Part shown: piece by piece, positions 1 through 10,251 of the stretch | How positions within the stretch are numbered: position 1 is the first letter of the stretch | Layout: each line of letters starts with the position of its first letter | NCBI GenBank assembly: GCA_034530875.2 | Contig: JAVRCJ020000001.1 | Coordinates: 320,001-384,000, forward strand | Length of the DNA: 64,000 nt | Reading direction: 5' to 3' | Source: Nostoc sp. DedSLP01 | GTDB taxonomy: Bacteria; Cyanobacteriota; Cyanobacteriia; Cyanobacteriales; Nostocaceae | The notes under the pieces: model-generated | The model's input: the letters and a program-made list of their open reading frames with translations, nothing else | Database searches by the model: none | Told to the model about the DNA's origin: nothing | Translations under genes and position numbers: made by a program

Positions 1-1015
1 CCACCACCAGCGCCCTGCGAGTTTGTCGCTGCACAACATTTGTCACTGCGCCCAAATAATCAGATTCCAATAACGCTGGTTGAATGGGAGTTAGTTTATC
101 AATTAGCTGATTTAAATGAAGTTGACCGCGTTCTGGGGGAATCCACGTATGCATCTGGCGGTCAAATACACCAACCCCAACCCTGTCACCTCGATGCAAT
201 CCTGCCAAAGCTAAGGATAAAGTTGCATTCAAACCCCAATCAAACCGTTGCAAACCCTGGACTTTTGCTGTCATTAATCTGCCGCGATCGAGTAAAATCA
301 GCAAAGTTTGCTCTTGTTCTGGTTCCAGAACCCTTACGAGTGGCGGGGAGTTACCATAAGCACCAACTCGACGGGCGGTAGCTTTCCAATCAATAAACCG
401 CAAATCGTCACCAGTGCGATAATTCCGCAGTTCGGCAAACTCCGTACCGATACCTGTTTGCTTCGCTTGGCGCATTGACCCCGATGATTGCAATGTGAGG
501 CGAATTGTCAGCGATCGCAATCCAATTAAATCGGGATAAACTTTTACTGGCAGACTTTGTAAAATCTGGTGATCGTCCCAAGCTAACCCCCAAAGTCCCA
601 ATTGTCGAACTTGAATATTTCCCCAAGGAAACTCTCCCCGTTGTGTCGGGTTAACGGTATAAGTTAATTCCTGGGTGCTGTTACTAGGAATACTGGCTTC
701 TAGTGCAGGTGTAGATACACCAAACCCTGTTGGGTAGTAATCGCGGATTTTAATTTGGGCGTTGGCATTTTTTGATGTCACTTTTAATACAACTGGATTA
801 TCCCGCCCAATCGATAATCGTGACGGTAATTCCCTAGTAATTTGCACGCGAAAACGCCGCACCTGCAAACCATCGGCAACCATTAATACCACAACGACGA
901 CATCAAATAACAAAGTGATGGCGATGGTTGCTTGAATGGGCAGAAAAAGGGATAGGATAAAGGCGATCGCTATTCCTAATACTAATAAAAAATAAACTCG
1001 TTTGGAAGGAACCAT
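1..1015 (-). CDS. DUF58 family (MoxR-associated, vWA-like) protein; 3' end runs off the window edge
   Basis: Not in the ORF track. Manual translation from ATG 1015 gives MVPSKRVYFLLVLGIAIA...GIGTEFAELRNYRTGDDLRFIDWKATARR...LLDRGRLM; the segments translated are in frame down to the window edge. Confidence 0.9.
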   Translation of the reverse strand, partial: MVPSKRVYFLLVLGIAIAFILSLFLPIQATIAITLLFDVVVVVLMVADGLQVRRFRVQITRELPSRLSIGRDNPVVLKVTSKNANAQIKIRDYYPTGFGVSTPALEASIPSNSTQELTYTVNPTQRGEFPWGNIQVRQLGLWGLAWDDHQILQSLPVKVYPDLIGLRSLTIRLTLQSSGSMRQAKQTGIGTEFAELRNYRTGDDLRFIDWKATARRVGAYGNSPPLVRVLEPEQEQTLLILLDRGRLMTAKVQGLQRFDWGLNATLSLALAGLHRGDRVGVGVFDRQMHTWIPPERGQLHLNQLIDKLTPIQPALLESDYLGAVTNVVQRQTRRALVV

Positions 1016-1049
1016 TTTTTGCTCTATTTAACCAAGTTAGTGGAGCTGT

Positions 1050-3923
1050 TTATTTATTTGGGACTTTTTTTGTCGGACTTGGGCTTTGCTTATCTTTATC
1101 GGTAGGCTTGGGGTTGGGTTCAGGATCGGGAGGGGGAGGTGGGCTTCCCAAATCAGACGCCAAGTTGTTCTCCTCTGTTAACCCAAAGTTTTTTGTCTCA
1201 AACCACTCTGATTTGAGCAACGACCACCAATCAGCCGTCAGCCCTTTCAATACATAGTCATAGGGAAGCCAACCATAACCACCTTCTCCCCAATCCTTTC
1301 CCCAAGAGTTTCTAATCAGTAATGCTCCTTGTGACACGATACCATCAGCGTTTTCTATTACCTTATAATCTTCATAGCCAACTGCAACAGCAGCGTGGCC
1401 TCCTTTTACCTTATCTTTCTCAACTGGGTAGGGGATATGACCTCCTTGGTTTGAGTCATTGTCGATGGAATCATAAATAGTAAACCCAAATGCACAAGGA
1501 AAACCAGCAGCTAAAACCGTCTTAATCCGAAATAGCAGTATATCCTCTGAAGTACCCGCAGGATTTAGACGGAAGTATTTCAGGGCTTGATAACTTTGGG
1601 CGAAAGAGTAGCAGAAGTTAGTTGGTTCCTCATCAAACTTATCTTCTTCATAAGGCCAGTATTCCTCTGGAGGCACACCAAATAATGCCATTGCTTTCAT
1701 TGTTTCTCGAAGAGATGCTCCTACATCACCTTGACGATGCATTAAATTGCGTGTCACTTTATAAAGAAACAGTCGAGAAGCATCGATATGCCTATCAAAA
1801 CTTCTTTTTTCAAAATACTCCATTAAGGCAATACCAGCGTGTGCTGTACATGAATCGAGTGAACCTTGGTCTTCAATAGGAGAACACCAAAAGCTCAAAT
1901 CCACAAATTCTGGTACTAATAAATTTACAATTTTTTGCTCGTTTTGCTGGTCTAGTTTTGGTTTTTGATTGTTTAGTTGGGCTGGTTTTGGTTCTTGCGA
2001 TCTTGAAATTTTTGCCTCTAAATCCCATTCTATAGGAAAATTTTCTAAATCACGTTTCAAGTCTGATTCCCTTTCTAGCTCCGGTTCAACCCTGATTTCG
2101 TCTGGTAGGATTTGGATAACTGTTCTCAGACTTTTACGATAGAAAATTTCTATTCTCTCTTCTAGGTTAAATTTAAGATTATTACGGTCTAAATAGATGA
2201 GAGACTTAAATATCTCGTTTGTCTTTTGTATAGTCTTGGATATCCTGCTTCTTTGGAACTGAGAACTACTCTTATTTTCAATCTTGTTCAAAACTTTTTT
2301 AAAACTTAAAATTCTGGAAAGGGCTACAAGGATAAATAATGGATTAGAATCCCACTCTTTTAACAAATTTTTTTTTGGTTCTAATTTAGAATCAATTTGA
2401 AATTTTTCCGAAGCAATTTGCTTTTGCAGTTCTCTAATTTGGTCGATAAGTACTTGAATTGTTTCTTCCTGTTGCTGTTTTTTAGATTCTTCTGATTTAT
2501 GAGATAATAACCATTGCTCGAATGATTTATCAAGCTGCTTTAAACCATTCTTTACCGCTATTTCAAGATTTGGGTGTTGAGCCAAAGGAGAGATTATTCG
2601 ATAAATCCATTTAACGATTAAGTCAATTGTTTGTTGCAATTCTTCGTTTTCTTGTTGAAGCTGTTCGCCAGGATTGGAGGCTTGCGTTGTCGATTGCTGT
2701 CCATTGATAGGTGTCGATCGCTGAAATCCTTTCTCAGTAACAAAGTCTTTTACCTCAAATTCACTTATTTGAAAAATTTTTAAAGTAACTTCATAAAGTT
2801 CAATAGGTATTGGTGACGAAGTTGAAACAATTAATCGCTTCTGATGCTCTCGAGTTTCTGGTTCTAAATCTCGAGTTTTTGGAACTTGTGGTATATTTTT
2901 GAGAGTAACCAAGTTTCTCAAAACTCTCCTAGTCTCTTGCCCAACTATGCCATCGACTTTTAGTCCATACTTAGCTTGAAAATATCTAACAGATTGTTCT
3001 GTTAGCGAATCAAAATATCCTGTTGCTAACCCATTTAGTTCTTCTAACTGAATCAACTGCGATTGTAATTCTATAACTGAATCTCCCCAACTACCACTAG
3101 CAATAGAATCATCTTTCTTATCATTTTTGTTAGAGTTATTTTCATTATGTAACTCGCTTGATTGAGATTTCTCTAATACTTTGGATAAAAACTTAAAGTA
3201 TTTTAATTCATTTAAATTGTCTAAAATGGATAACAATTTTTTTTGCTCTTCTGGATTTATTTCCTGAATTAGCTTATTATTATCTTTAATTTCAGGATAT
3301 TTAAGTTCTAAAATTTGGTTTAGACATGTGAGGGCAAAAAATGCCATTTGATCGACAAAAGCAGCACTTCCGTCAATTTTTTCATCTAAAAGCTCGGACA
3401 CTTTATTGAATTCATTGACAGCTGCTTCAGTTTTTTTGCCAAAGTAACCATACTCAAGAATACAAGGAAATTTAGTTGTTTGATAATCCTTATAACGATT
3501 AAAATAAAAGACTTGCTTTAATTCATCAATTGATTTCATTAAACTAGAAAATTCTTTGATATTTTCTAATTTATCTTTATAATTATCGAGGCTGAGTAAA
3601 AGTCTCTGAAATTCATATACTTCATAACCTACGCTCCCATAAACTAAAAAACTTTGATTTTTCAGAGGTTTTACTTTAACTAACTTAAAACCTCCACGTA
3701 TGGTTTTCTCAATTTTCTCAATCTTCTCAATCTGATTTTTTTCCTCTTTGTATTGTTTGCTGTTTTTGAGGAAATCCAAGATTTCAGCTATAGGTTCTTG
3801 TATATCATTAGTTATTTGTATATCCTGAAATTTTTTCCCTAGCCGATCTTTGATTTTACCTATGTGGTAGTCCCTAACATCAGGGTAATCTGGTATCCAG
3901 CCTGTTCCTTTGTTATCTACCAT
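1050..3923 (-). CDS. Papain-family (peptidase C1A) cysteine protease with peptidoglycan-binding domain(s) and a long helical insertion
   Basis: N-terminal GWIPDYPDVRDY motif. Catalytic motifs DQGSLDSCTAHA, GGHAAVAVGY and IRNSWG. PG_binding_1-like GSWGDSVIELQSQL...FQAKYGLKVDGIVGQET. Pro-rich C-terminal tail. Confidence 0.88.
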   Translation of the reverse strand: MVDNKGTGWIPDYPDVRDYHIGKIKDRLGKKFQDIQITNDIQEPIAEILDFLKNSKQYKEEKNQIEKIEKIEKTIRGGFKLVKVKPLKNQSFLVYGSVGYEVYEFQRLLLSLDNYKDKLENIKEFSSLMKSIDELKQVFYFNRYKDYQTTKFPCILEYGYFGKKTEAAVNEFNKVSELLDEKIDGSAAFVDQMAFFALTCLNQILELKYPEIKDNNKLIQEINPEEQKKLLSILDNLNELKYFKFLSKVLEKSQSSELHNENNSNKNDKKDDSIASGSWGDSVIELQSQLIQLEELNGLATGYFDSLTEQSVRYFQAKYGLKVDGIVGQETRRVLRNLVTLKNIPQVPKTRDLEPETREHQKRLIVSTSSPIPIELYEVTLKIFQISEFEVKDFVTEKGFQRSTPINGQQSTTQASNPGEQLQQENEELQQTIDLIVKWIYRIISPLAQHPNLEIAVKNGLKQLDKSFEQWLLSHKSEESKKQQQEETIQVLIDQIRELQKQIASEKFQIDSKLEPKKNLLKEWDSNPLFILVALSRILSFKKVLNKIENKSSSQFQRSRISKTIQKTNEIFKSLIYLDRNNLKFNLEERIEIFYRKSLRTVIQILPDEIRVEPELERESDLKRDLENFPIEWDLEAKISRSQEPKPAQLNNQKPKLDQQNEQKIVNLLVPEFVDLSFWCSPIEDQGSLDSCTAHAGIALMEYFEKRSFDRHIDASRLFLYKVTRNLMHRQGDVGASLRETMKAMALFGVPPEEYWPYEEDKFDEEPTNFCYSFAQSYQALKYFRLNPAGTSEDILLFRIKTVLAAGFPCAFGFTIYDSIDNDSNQGGHIPYPVEKDKVKGGHAAVAVGYEDYKVIENADGIVSQGALLIRNSWGKDWGEGGYGWLPYDYVLKGLTADWWSLLKSEWFETKNFGLTEENNLASDLGSPPPPPDPEPNPKPTDKDKQSPSPTKKVPNK

Positions 3924-4104
3924 GATTTCCTTTAATATTTCTCTGGTTATACTTATCTAGCTTTACCGGAAATTTTATGCAAAATACCTCAAAAGTTATG
4001 AGAGTTTATTCCAGTAAACATTCATTACAGTTAAATAATGTTAAAAATCCCTAAGTAAAGATTTTGAGGCTGATTTGGGTTCAATTAGTATAAGAGAATT
4101 GGTA

Positions 4105-4232
4105 TAAATAAGTCGGCATTAAAAAATTAATCTGTGTGACGAGATGTAAAATTAGCAAACACTTTATAAATTAGAGATTGCACAGACTTTACAAAATTAA
4201 ATATACATGGGTTTTATCTACGGACTTACTTA
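4105..4232. mobile_element. MITE-like element
   Basis: Imperfect terminal inverted repeats TAAATAAGTC...GACTTACTTA around AT-rich non-coding DNA. Confidence 0.45.
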
Positions 4233-4566
4233 ACTGTTGCTCTTTAACTTCAACAAAAAACCTTTACTTCAGCCACTTTTGATTAAAAACTGCCACCTAA
4301 TAAGTATGAGTGATATCGATTTAGAGTCTAGAACCCCAAATTAGTAATCTCAAAACCAGGTCTCTGTCGCTGGAAAGAATTAATTTCCTGAATTGAACCT
4401 GAGGAAACTTTGTTTTTAACTACTATCTTGAATACTGAATTGGTGTTATAGGCATCTAAACAATAAAATCAAACCAGTGATGATTATAAACTGTAAAAAA
4501 TAGCACAGAGCATTTATTAAACGATTATTTACAATATAGTTACAAGAAAAGTACAACTTGGCTCAA

Positions 4567-6330
4567 TTAAGAGCCAGTTTGAGTTCTCACCCGATCGCAA
4601 AGATGGTCTTCAGAAGCATAGCCTTGAGCGTTAGTATTATTAGTTAAATAATCATGCAGCCAATCGCACCCCCGCGCCGTTAATCCATCCAAGGTAAGAT
4701 TTTCTATATTCCACAAAATTGCTGTGCCATCTTTACTACCAGAGATGAGACTCTTATTATCAGGGCTAAAACTGATACTATTGACTTCACCATCGTGGCC
4801 AGTCAGAGTTGTAATCTCCGTACCGTCTTTGTGCCAAAGTTTTACCGTTTTGTCATCACTAGCAGTAGCAATCGTTTGACCATCACGACTAAAAGCTACC
4901 TGCGAGATTGCAGCATTGTGCCCATTGAGGCTAATCTCACCACCGTCAAGCTGCCGGAGTTTGACGCTATTGCCCACAGCGATCGCAATCATTTGACTGT
5001 CGGGGCTGAAACTCACGCTATTGACTTGATAAGTATTTATTTCATCAGTATGACGGTTAAGGATTTGGGGTTGTTGACGCTCTCGATTCCAGAGTCTCAC
5101 ACTGTTGTCCTCACTCCCAGAAGCAAGGGTTTTACCGTCAGGACTGAAACTCACAGCGCGAACTCCAGTTTTGATATCAAAAGTTTGAAATAGCTGGCCT
5201 TGTCTGTTCCAGAGTTTTACCGTCCCGTCTAAACTGGCAGAAGCGAGTATTTGACTGTCAGCGCTAAAGCTTACACTCATAACATTATCTTGATGCCCTT
5301 CTAAAGTGTGGAGCAAACGACCATGCTTGTTCCAGAGTTTTACCATCCTGTTTGCTCCACCAGTAGCGAGAATTTCGCCATCAGGACTGAAACTAACGCT
5401 ACGAATAGCATCGCTGTCGTTGAGGCTATTCCGTTCTCTTACCCAATAAATCGCCTGTCCCAACACAGTCATCACTTTTGCGCGATCGTCAGGTGGAATC
5501 GTGATTTTGTCTTTTTCTAGTTCTTTGAGTTTCTTGGCCGCTTTTAAACCTGCTATTAAGGCATCAATGGTATCTCTATTTGCCGTAAAACCTGCGTCTG
5601 AGGCTGAAATTAGAGCTTGGAGTTCTGATTTTGCTGCTGTTATCCGCTGGCGATCGGCTTCCTTCCAGCCAATTACTGCAATAATCGCCGAACCTGCGGA
5701 AATCACAAAGGCTGTAGTAAGACCAATGAGTTTTGTTTTGTAACGTGCCCTTTGAGCTTTGCGACTTTCACCGATGTAGTCTTGTTGCAGTGTCGTTGGC
5801 AAAGGGTTTTTTCCAGTTCCTTTGGTTAACCATTGTTCTGCCTCTTCTAGTTGGCTACCTTGCAGCAAGTAACTACTGTTGCGTTTTTTCTCTTCCCACT
5901 CCAAGGCCAGCATCAGTAAGCGGGTATGCTCTTTGACATGCTCTAAATCGGTATCAAGGGCCTCGAGTAGCGATCGCAAAGCTGTATTGAAATCATTACT
6001 TTCTTGAAAGAAAATATATTGAATTTTCGCTAATTGATCATCCACATTGTCGGCATCCTGCCACACAATTGGCACTAAACGTTTATTGTGCTTGAGAGCG
6101 TGTCCCAGCTCCTCACCGCAGATTTTAGAAGCGACTGAATTCGGACTAATAATAAAGATAAAATTATCGGTGGCTTCAATTGCTTCATAAATTTCTTTGC
6201 GCCATTCTGCCGTAGACGGAATTCCCTTCCAGTCCACCCAGACTTCTCGCTTCTGTTCCTTGAGCGCGTCATAAAGTTTTTTGACAAACTCTTTATCTTT
6301 GCGTGAGTAAGAAATAAACGCTTCAGTCAT
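4567..6330 (-). CDS. TIR domain - transmembrane - WD40 repeat protein
   Basis: TIR motifs AFISYSRKD and SKICGEEL. Hydrophobic segment LIGLTTAFVISAGSAIIAVIGW. About 6-7 SVSFSPDG...VKLW WD40 repeats. Confidence 0.9.
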   Translation of the reverse strand: MTEAFISYSRKDKEFVKKLYDALKEQKREVWVDWKGIPSTAEWRKEIYEAIEATDNFIFIISPNSVASKICGEELGHALKHNKRLVPIVWQDADNVDDQLAKIQYIFFQESNDFNTALRSLLEALDTDLEHVKEHTRLLMLALEWEEKKRNSSYLLQGSQLEEAEQWLTKGTGKNPLPTTLQQDYIGESRKAQRARYKTKLIGLTTAFVISAGSAIIAVIGWKEADRQRITAAKSELQALISASDAGFTANRDTIDALIAGLKAAKKLKELEKDKITIPPDDRAKVMTVLGQAIYWVRERNSLNDSDAIRSVSFSPDGEILATGGANRMVKLWNKHGRLLHTLEGHQDNVMSVSFSADSQILASASLDGTVKLWNRQGQLFQTFDIKTGVRAVSFSPDGKTLASGSEDNSVRLWNRERQQPQILNRHTDEINTYQVNSVSFSPDSQMIAIAVGNSVKLRQLDGGEISLNGHNAAISQVAFSRDGQTIATASDDKTVKLWHKDGTEITTLTGHDGEVNSISFSPDNKSLISGSKDGTAILWNIENLTLDGLTARGCDWLHDYLTNNTNAQGYASEDHLCDRVRTQTGS

Positions 6331-6851
6331 CTAATTTATCTAAAAATACTTAATAAAATTTCAAGAAAACACCGTTTATTTACTCTTCGTAAAAGAATTA
6401 TTTTCTTTATAAAAAGAATTAGTTAAATTTTAATTTACTCATATAATTTAGATTTTCTTACTATATGATGATTTTTGCGATCGCACTTTAGCCAAAGACC
6501 AAAATTAACTATTTTGATACAAAGCTTTAAATAAGTACGAGCAACTGCTGAAAAAGCGAATATAGCAATCTGATTTGATTGTTGAACTTATTTCTGTAGG
6601 TCTGGTGACGCCTACACCAACAAGCCTGCACAAACAAAACTGCCTCAAGGTAGAGTACGTAGAGTTAAAAAGTAAATTTTTGACTACTAAATGGCTGTTG
6701 CTAATGACTAATAACTTCTCGAGAAGTTAGGATAAAATTACCATCCGACTTCAGTTGAGATATTTACTGAACGGGAAGGTAAAAGCAGCAAACAACAACG
6801 CTGCTGCGGTCAACTTCTACCAATTTCTAGTAAATATTAATTACTAAACCC

Positions 6852-7979
6852 ATGCCACATCGTCATTATCCTCCCGCCTACTTACGCTATCTTAGAGCCA
6901 GGTTATGGAAGCTAGGGCGGCCTGGTTTTTGGGTAACTGCAATTTTTTTATCTGTAGTCGGGTTAGTAACCTGGGAATACTGGTCAAATCCAGACGTTTT
7001 TGTTTATAAACAAAAAAAACAAGTCGTTTCCGAAAACCCTACTGACTCTTCCCTATCGCAGGAAAACAAAGCTATTGCCGCAGATATTGATAACTTGCCC
7101 GTCTTATTTAATGATTTCGATCAAGCAGCTTTGTCACTAGCAGCAAATAATCCCAAGGAAAAGACTGAGGGAAAAAAGAGCAAAGGCTTATTAGACGAGC
7201 TAATTAATACACAAAAATCTCTTAACGAGAATAAATCAAAATCTGGCTTAGGAATAGTTAATCCCCAACCTGCGCCAACTTTCAAAAATCCGTTTATCGT
7301 ACAAACAGAAAATTTATTGCGTAGTGGAACAGTTGATAACAATAGCCAATTTCTTGGTCTTAAGTCTTCTAGTACAGCATCTCAAACAGAAGGAGAAAAA
7401 TCTTCTAGCTTGGGAATCGGGTTAACTAATCAAACCAACAGCGATCCCAATTCTGTTTCCATCAGCCCTCTGCAAGCAGCGATCGACGAATCAACAAGGC
7501 AGAAGTCTAGCTTGAATGGAATCAATGCCAATGGGCGCAATGCTTCGGAGCGTGTCTCTGACACAGGAGCAACGTCGATACTACCCTTAAACAGCTTACC
7601 CAGTCAAATACCAACTACTGGGTTGAATCCTGGGTACACCTCAACGATTACAAACTTCCAGCCAAATCCCTACACTAGCAATCAAGTACCAGTAGTACCT
7701 TCAGCGAACTCTGTTGTACCAAATAATATTGCGCCTTACTCTAGCTATCCGAATCAAAGTGTTGTCACCCCAACAAATCCTACAGGATATACAAATTATG
7801 GTTTGCAGCAACCAAACCAAGTACCACAGCCTAATTATGGCAACTATGGCTTGCAGCAGCCAAACCAAGTCACACAGCCCAATTATGGCAACTATGGTTC
7901 GCAGCAGCAGACGCAACCAACACAGTCTACTGCTGCATATCTCCGAGATATTATAGAGAAACGCAGAGGTCAGAATTAA
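6852..7979 (+). CDS. Hypothetical membrane-anchored protein with a low-complexity N/Q/P-rich C-terminus
   Basis: 375-aa ORF with an N-terminal TM segment (FWVTAIFLSVVGLVTW) and repeats NYGLQQPNQV(P/T)QPNYG. Confidence 0.75.
   Translation: MPHRHYPPAYLRYLRARLWKLGRPGFWVTAIFLSVVGLVTWEYWSNPDVFVYKQKKQVVSENPTDSSLSQENKAIAADIDNLPVLFNDFDQAALSLAANNPKEKTEGKKSKGLLDELINTQKSLNENKSKSGLGIVNPQPAPTFKNPFIVQTENLLRSGTVDNNSQFLGLKSSSTASQTEGEKSSSLGIGLTNQTNSDPNSVSISPLQAAIDESTRQKSSLNGINANGRNASERVSDTGATSILPLNSLPSQIPTTGLNPGYTSTITNFQPNPYTSNQVPVVPSANSVVPNNIAPYSSYPNQSVVTPTNPTGYTNYGLQQPNQVPQPNYGNYGLQQPNQVTQPNYGNYGSQQQTQPTQSTAAYLRDIIEKRRGQN
7794..7910 (+). repeat. In-frame ~48-bp (16-aa) tandem repeat, about 2.5 copies
   Basis: AATTATGG...CAGCA(A/G)CCAAACCAAGT recurs at 48-bp spacing. 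Confidence 0.75.
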
Positions 7980-8072
7980 AGGTAATGATTTTTTGCACAA
8001 GTGGGGAAAAGGGCAAGGCAAGAATTCTTTATCTTTCCCTTTCCCTTTTTCCCTTCTTCAATCTGAATTCTC

Positions 8073-8756
8073 CTAAGGAGATGGGGTGCTATTTGGAATA
8101 ATCGGAACCTCTGGTGTTTCCGGGTTTTGTTTTTGGCGTTGCAAGTATTTACTCAAAACATAAGCCATATCTCCACGGGTAACGGGTCGTAATGGAGAAA
8201 TATTATTTTGAGCATCTGTATTCAGAAATCCTTCAGTAATTACTGTGGCGATCGCTTTTCTCGCCCAAGATGGGATAGACTCTCGATCTGGATATGCAGC
8301 AAGAGTTTCATCAACAGCGTCATCAGGAAATTGAAAGACACCATAAGCCTGGGCAAAAATAGCAAGAGCTTCTGCTCTAGTTACCTTTTGATTGGGGAAA
8401 AATTGATTCCCTCGATAGCCTTTCATGATGTCAGTTTTTAAGACTGTTTGTATATCATTAAATGCCCAATAAGATGGCGGAACATCTGGAATTGCTAAAT
8501 TTTGTTTGCTAGCAGCTTCTCTTTTATCTAAGCGAAATGCTTTGACCATAATCGCCGCTAATTCTGCTCTACTCACTAACTTTTCTGGATAAAACTTGCC
8601 ATCAGAAAAATTTGTCATCCATTTAGCAGCAACTACTTGTTGAATAGAATCAGAGGGTATTTCAGAAGTATTTCCTGGTATCGGAGTCTGAGCGATCGCT
8701 GGTAAGTTTTGTAGTAGTGCGACTAAAGATAAAGTAATTGAAAGGTGACGCATCAT
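8073..8756 (-). CDS. S-layer homology (SLH) domain protein
   Basis: Signal peptide plus three SLH motifs (FYPEKLVSRAE, FFPNQKVTRAE, PLRPVTRGD). Confidence 0.9.
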   Translation of the reverse strand: MMRHLSITLSLVALLQNLPAIAQTPIPGNTSEIPSDSIQQVVAAKWMTNFSDGKFYPEKLVSRAELAAIMVKAFRLDKREAASKQNLAIPDVPPSYWAFNDIQTVLKTDIMKGYRGNQFFPNQKVTRAEALAIFAQAYGVFQFPDDAVDETLAAYPDRESIPSWARKAIATVITEGFLNTDAQNNISPLRPVTRGDMAYVLSKYLQRQKQNPETPEVPIIPNSTPSP

Positions 8757-9024
8757 AATAACCAGTTTGAGCAGATAATGTGAATTTAAAAAACTAGATT
8801 ACAGAGGTGAAAACGAATTTTGGTGTCTTAATAATCTGTTACTTGGCTATTGACGAATTGAAGTTGGACAATGTTGCGTAGCTATACGGAGTATTTGCTA
8901 TGTGGCAGCTTATTTTCGTCGTTCGGGAAGTAGCGCTTGGCAAAAACTTGTTTTTTCGCTTTCATCTTTTGGTGTTGTCTGCCCACTACTATGGACTATA
9001 GTCAGTTTTTCAGGAGTTTTGGGA

Positions 9025-9735
9025 ATGACCGCAGCAGCAGATCCCGTAAAGTTGATGAAGCAAGAAGTTGGCAAAGCCGCCGCCGCCTTAGTAAAGTCGG
9101 GTTCGATTGTGGGATTGGGTACGGGGTCAACTACAGCATACACAATTCAGTATTTAGGCGATCGCCTCAAGTCTGGCGAACTGAAGGATATCGTTGGCAT
9201 ACCTACCTCGTTTCAGTCAGAAGTGCTGGCAAAGGAATATGGTGTCCCCCTCACTACCTTAGACGCTGTTGACCGCATCGATATTGCCATTGATGGGGCA
9301 GATGAAGTCGATCCTCAGAAGAACTTGATTAAAGGCGGTGGTGCAGCGCATACCCGCGAAAAAGTTGTAGATTACCTAGCAGAACAGTTTATCGTCGTGG
9401 TCGATAGTGGCAAGTTAGTAGACCGCTTGGGTTCTAGTTTCGCCGTACCCGTAGAAGTGATTCCAATGGCAATTACTCCTGTAACCAATGCCATCAAAAA
9501 ACTCGGTGGCAAACCAGAACTCCGTATGGGTGTCAAAAAAGCCGGCCCGGTAATCACTGACCAAGGCAATTTTGTCTTAGATGTCAGATTTGACTCTATT
9601 GAAGATCCAGTCAACTTAGAAAAAACATTGAATAATATTCCCGGTGTTTTGGAAAATGGAATCTTCGTTAACTGCGTCGATTTAGTTTTAGTTGGTGAAG
9701 TCAAAGACGGTCAGCCAGTAGTACGGCAACTGTAA
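9025..9735 (+). CDS. rpiA: Ribose-5-phosphate isomerase A
   Basis: GLGTGST, DGADEVD and KGGG motifs. Start moved to ATG 9025. Confidence 0.97.
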   Translation: MTAAADPVKLMKQEVGKAAAALVKSGSIVGLGTGSTTAYTIQYLGDRLKSGELKDIVGIPTSFQSEVLAKEYGVPLTTLDAVDRIDIAIDGADEVDPQKNLIKGGGAAHTREKVVDYLAEQFIVVVDSGKLVDRLGSSFAVPVEVIPMAITPVTNAIKKLGGKPELRMGVKKAGPVITDQGNFVLDVRFDSIEDPVNLEKTLNNIPGVLENGIFVNCVDLVLVGEVKDGQPVVRQL

Positions 9736-9855
9736 AAATTTTGGATTTTCAATTTTGGATTTTAGATTTTTCTAAAATCCAAAATTACTGATGTGGTATT
9801 AACGATAAAAACTGCTGTAATTATTGTAATAGTGTCTTTTTATCTTTCACCGAAT

Positions 9856-10251
9856 TTAAATAAGTTTTATAATGTAATTTTGCAAGATAGCAGGCAATTC
9901 TTCCTTGGTTATCTCATGCTTAACTACCTGTAGCGTTAATTTTTCAGCTTCTTCTTCTGTTATTTCAATATCGTAATCATTCACGTTTAAAAAAGTGACC
10001 ATAGCAGCAAAAGCAGTACGTTTATTACCTTGTTCAAAAGCATGATTACAGGCTATGTGAAATAAATATGCAGATGCTTGTTCATAAATAGTAGGATGCA
10101 AATACTCTCCCCCAAAAGTTGCTTGAGGTGAGTAAAGAGCAGAGTCCAGCAAGCCTTCATTAATCACGTTTAACGACTCGCCAGTTTCACTGACGAGCTC
10201 GTTATGTATACAGATTATGTCTTCTTTCGCAAGGAATTTAGGATGCTGCAA
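9856..10251 (-). CDS. Doc/Fic-family toxin
   Basis: LLDSAL..PQATFGGEYLHPTIYEQASAYLFHIACNHAFEQGNKRTA (Doc-type Fic motif). Overlaps the upstream gene by 14 nt. Confidence 0.9.
   Translation of the reverse strand: MQHPKFLAKEDIICIHNELVSETGESLNVINEGLLDSALYSPQATFGGEYLHPTIYEQASAYLFHIACNHAFEQGNKRTAFAAMVTFLNVNDYDIEITEEEAEKLTLQVVKHEITKEELPAILQNYIIKLI

Noticed and set aside
40..626. ORFs 40..381 (+) and 408..626 (-)
   Set aside because: They overlap the real DUF58 reading frame.
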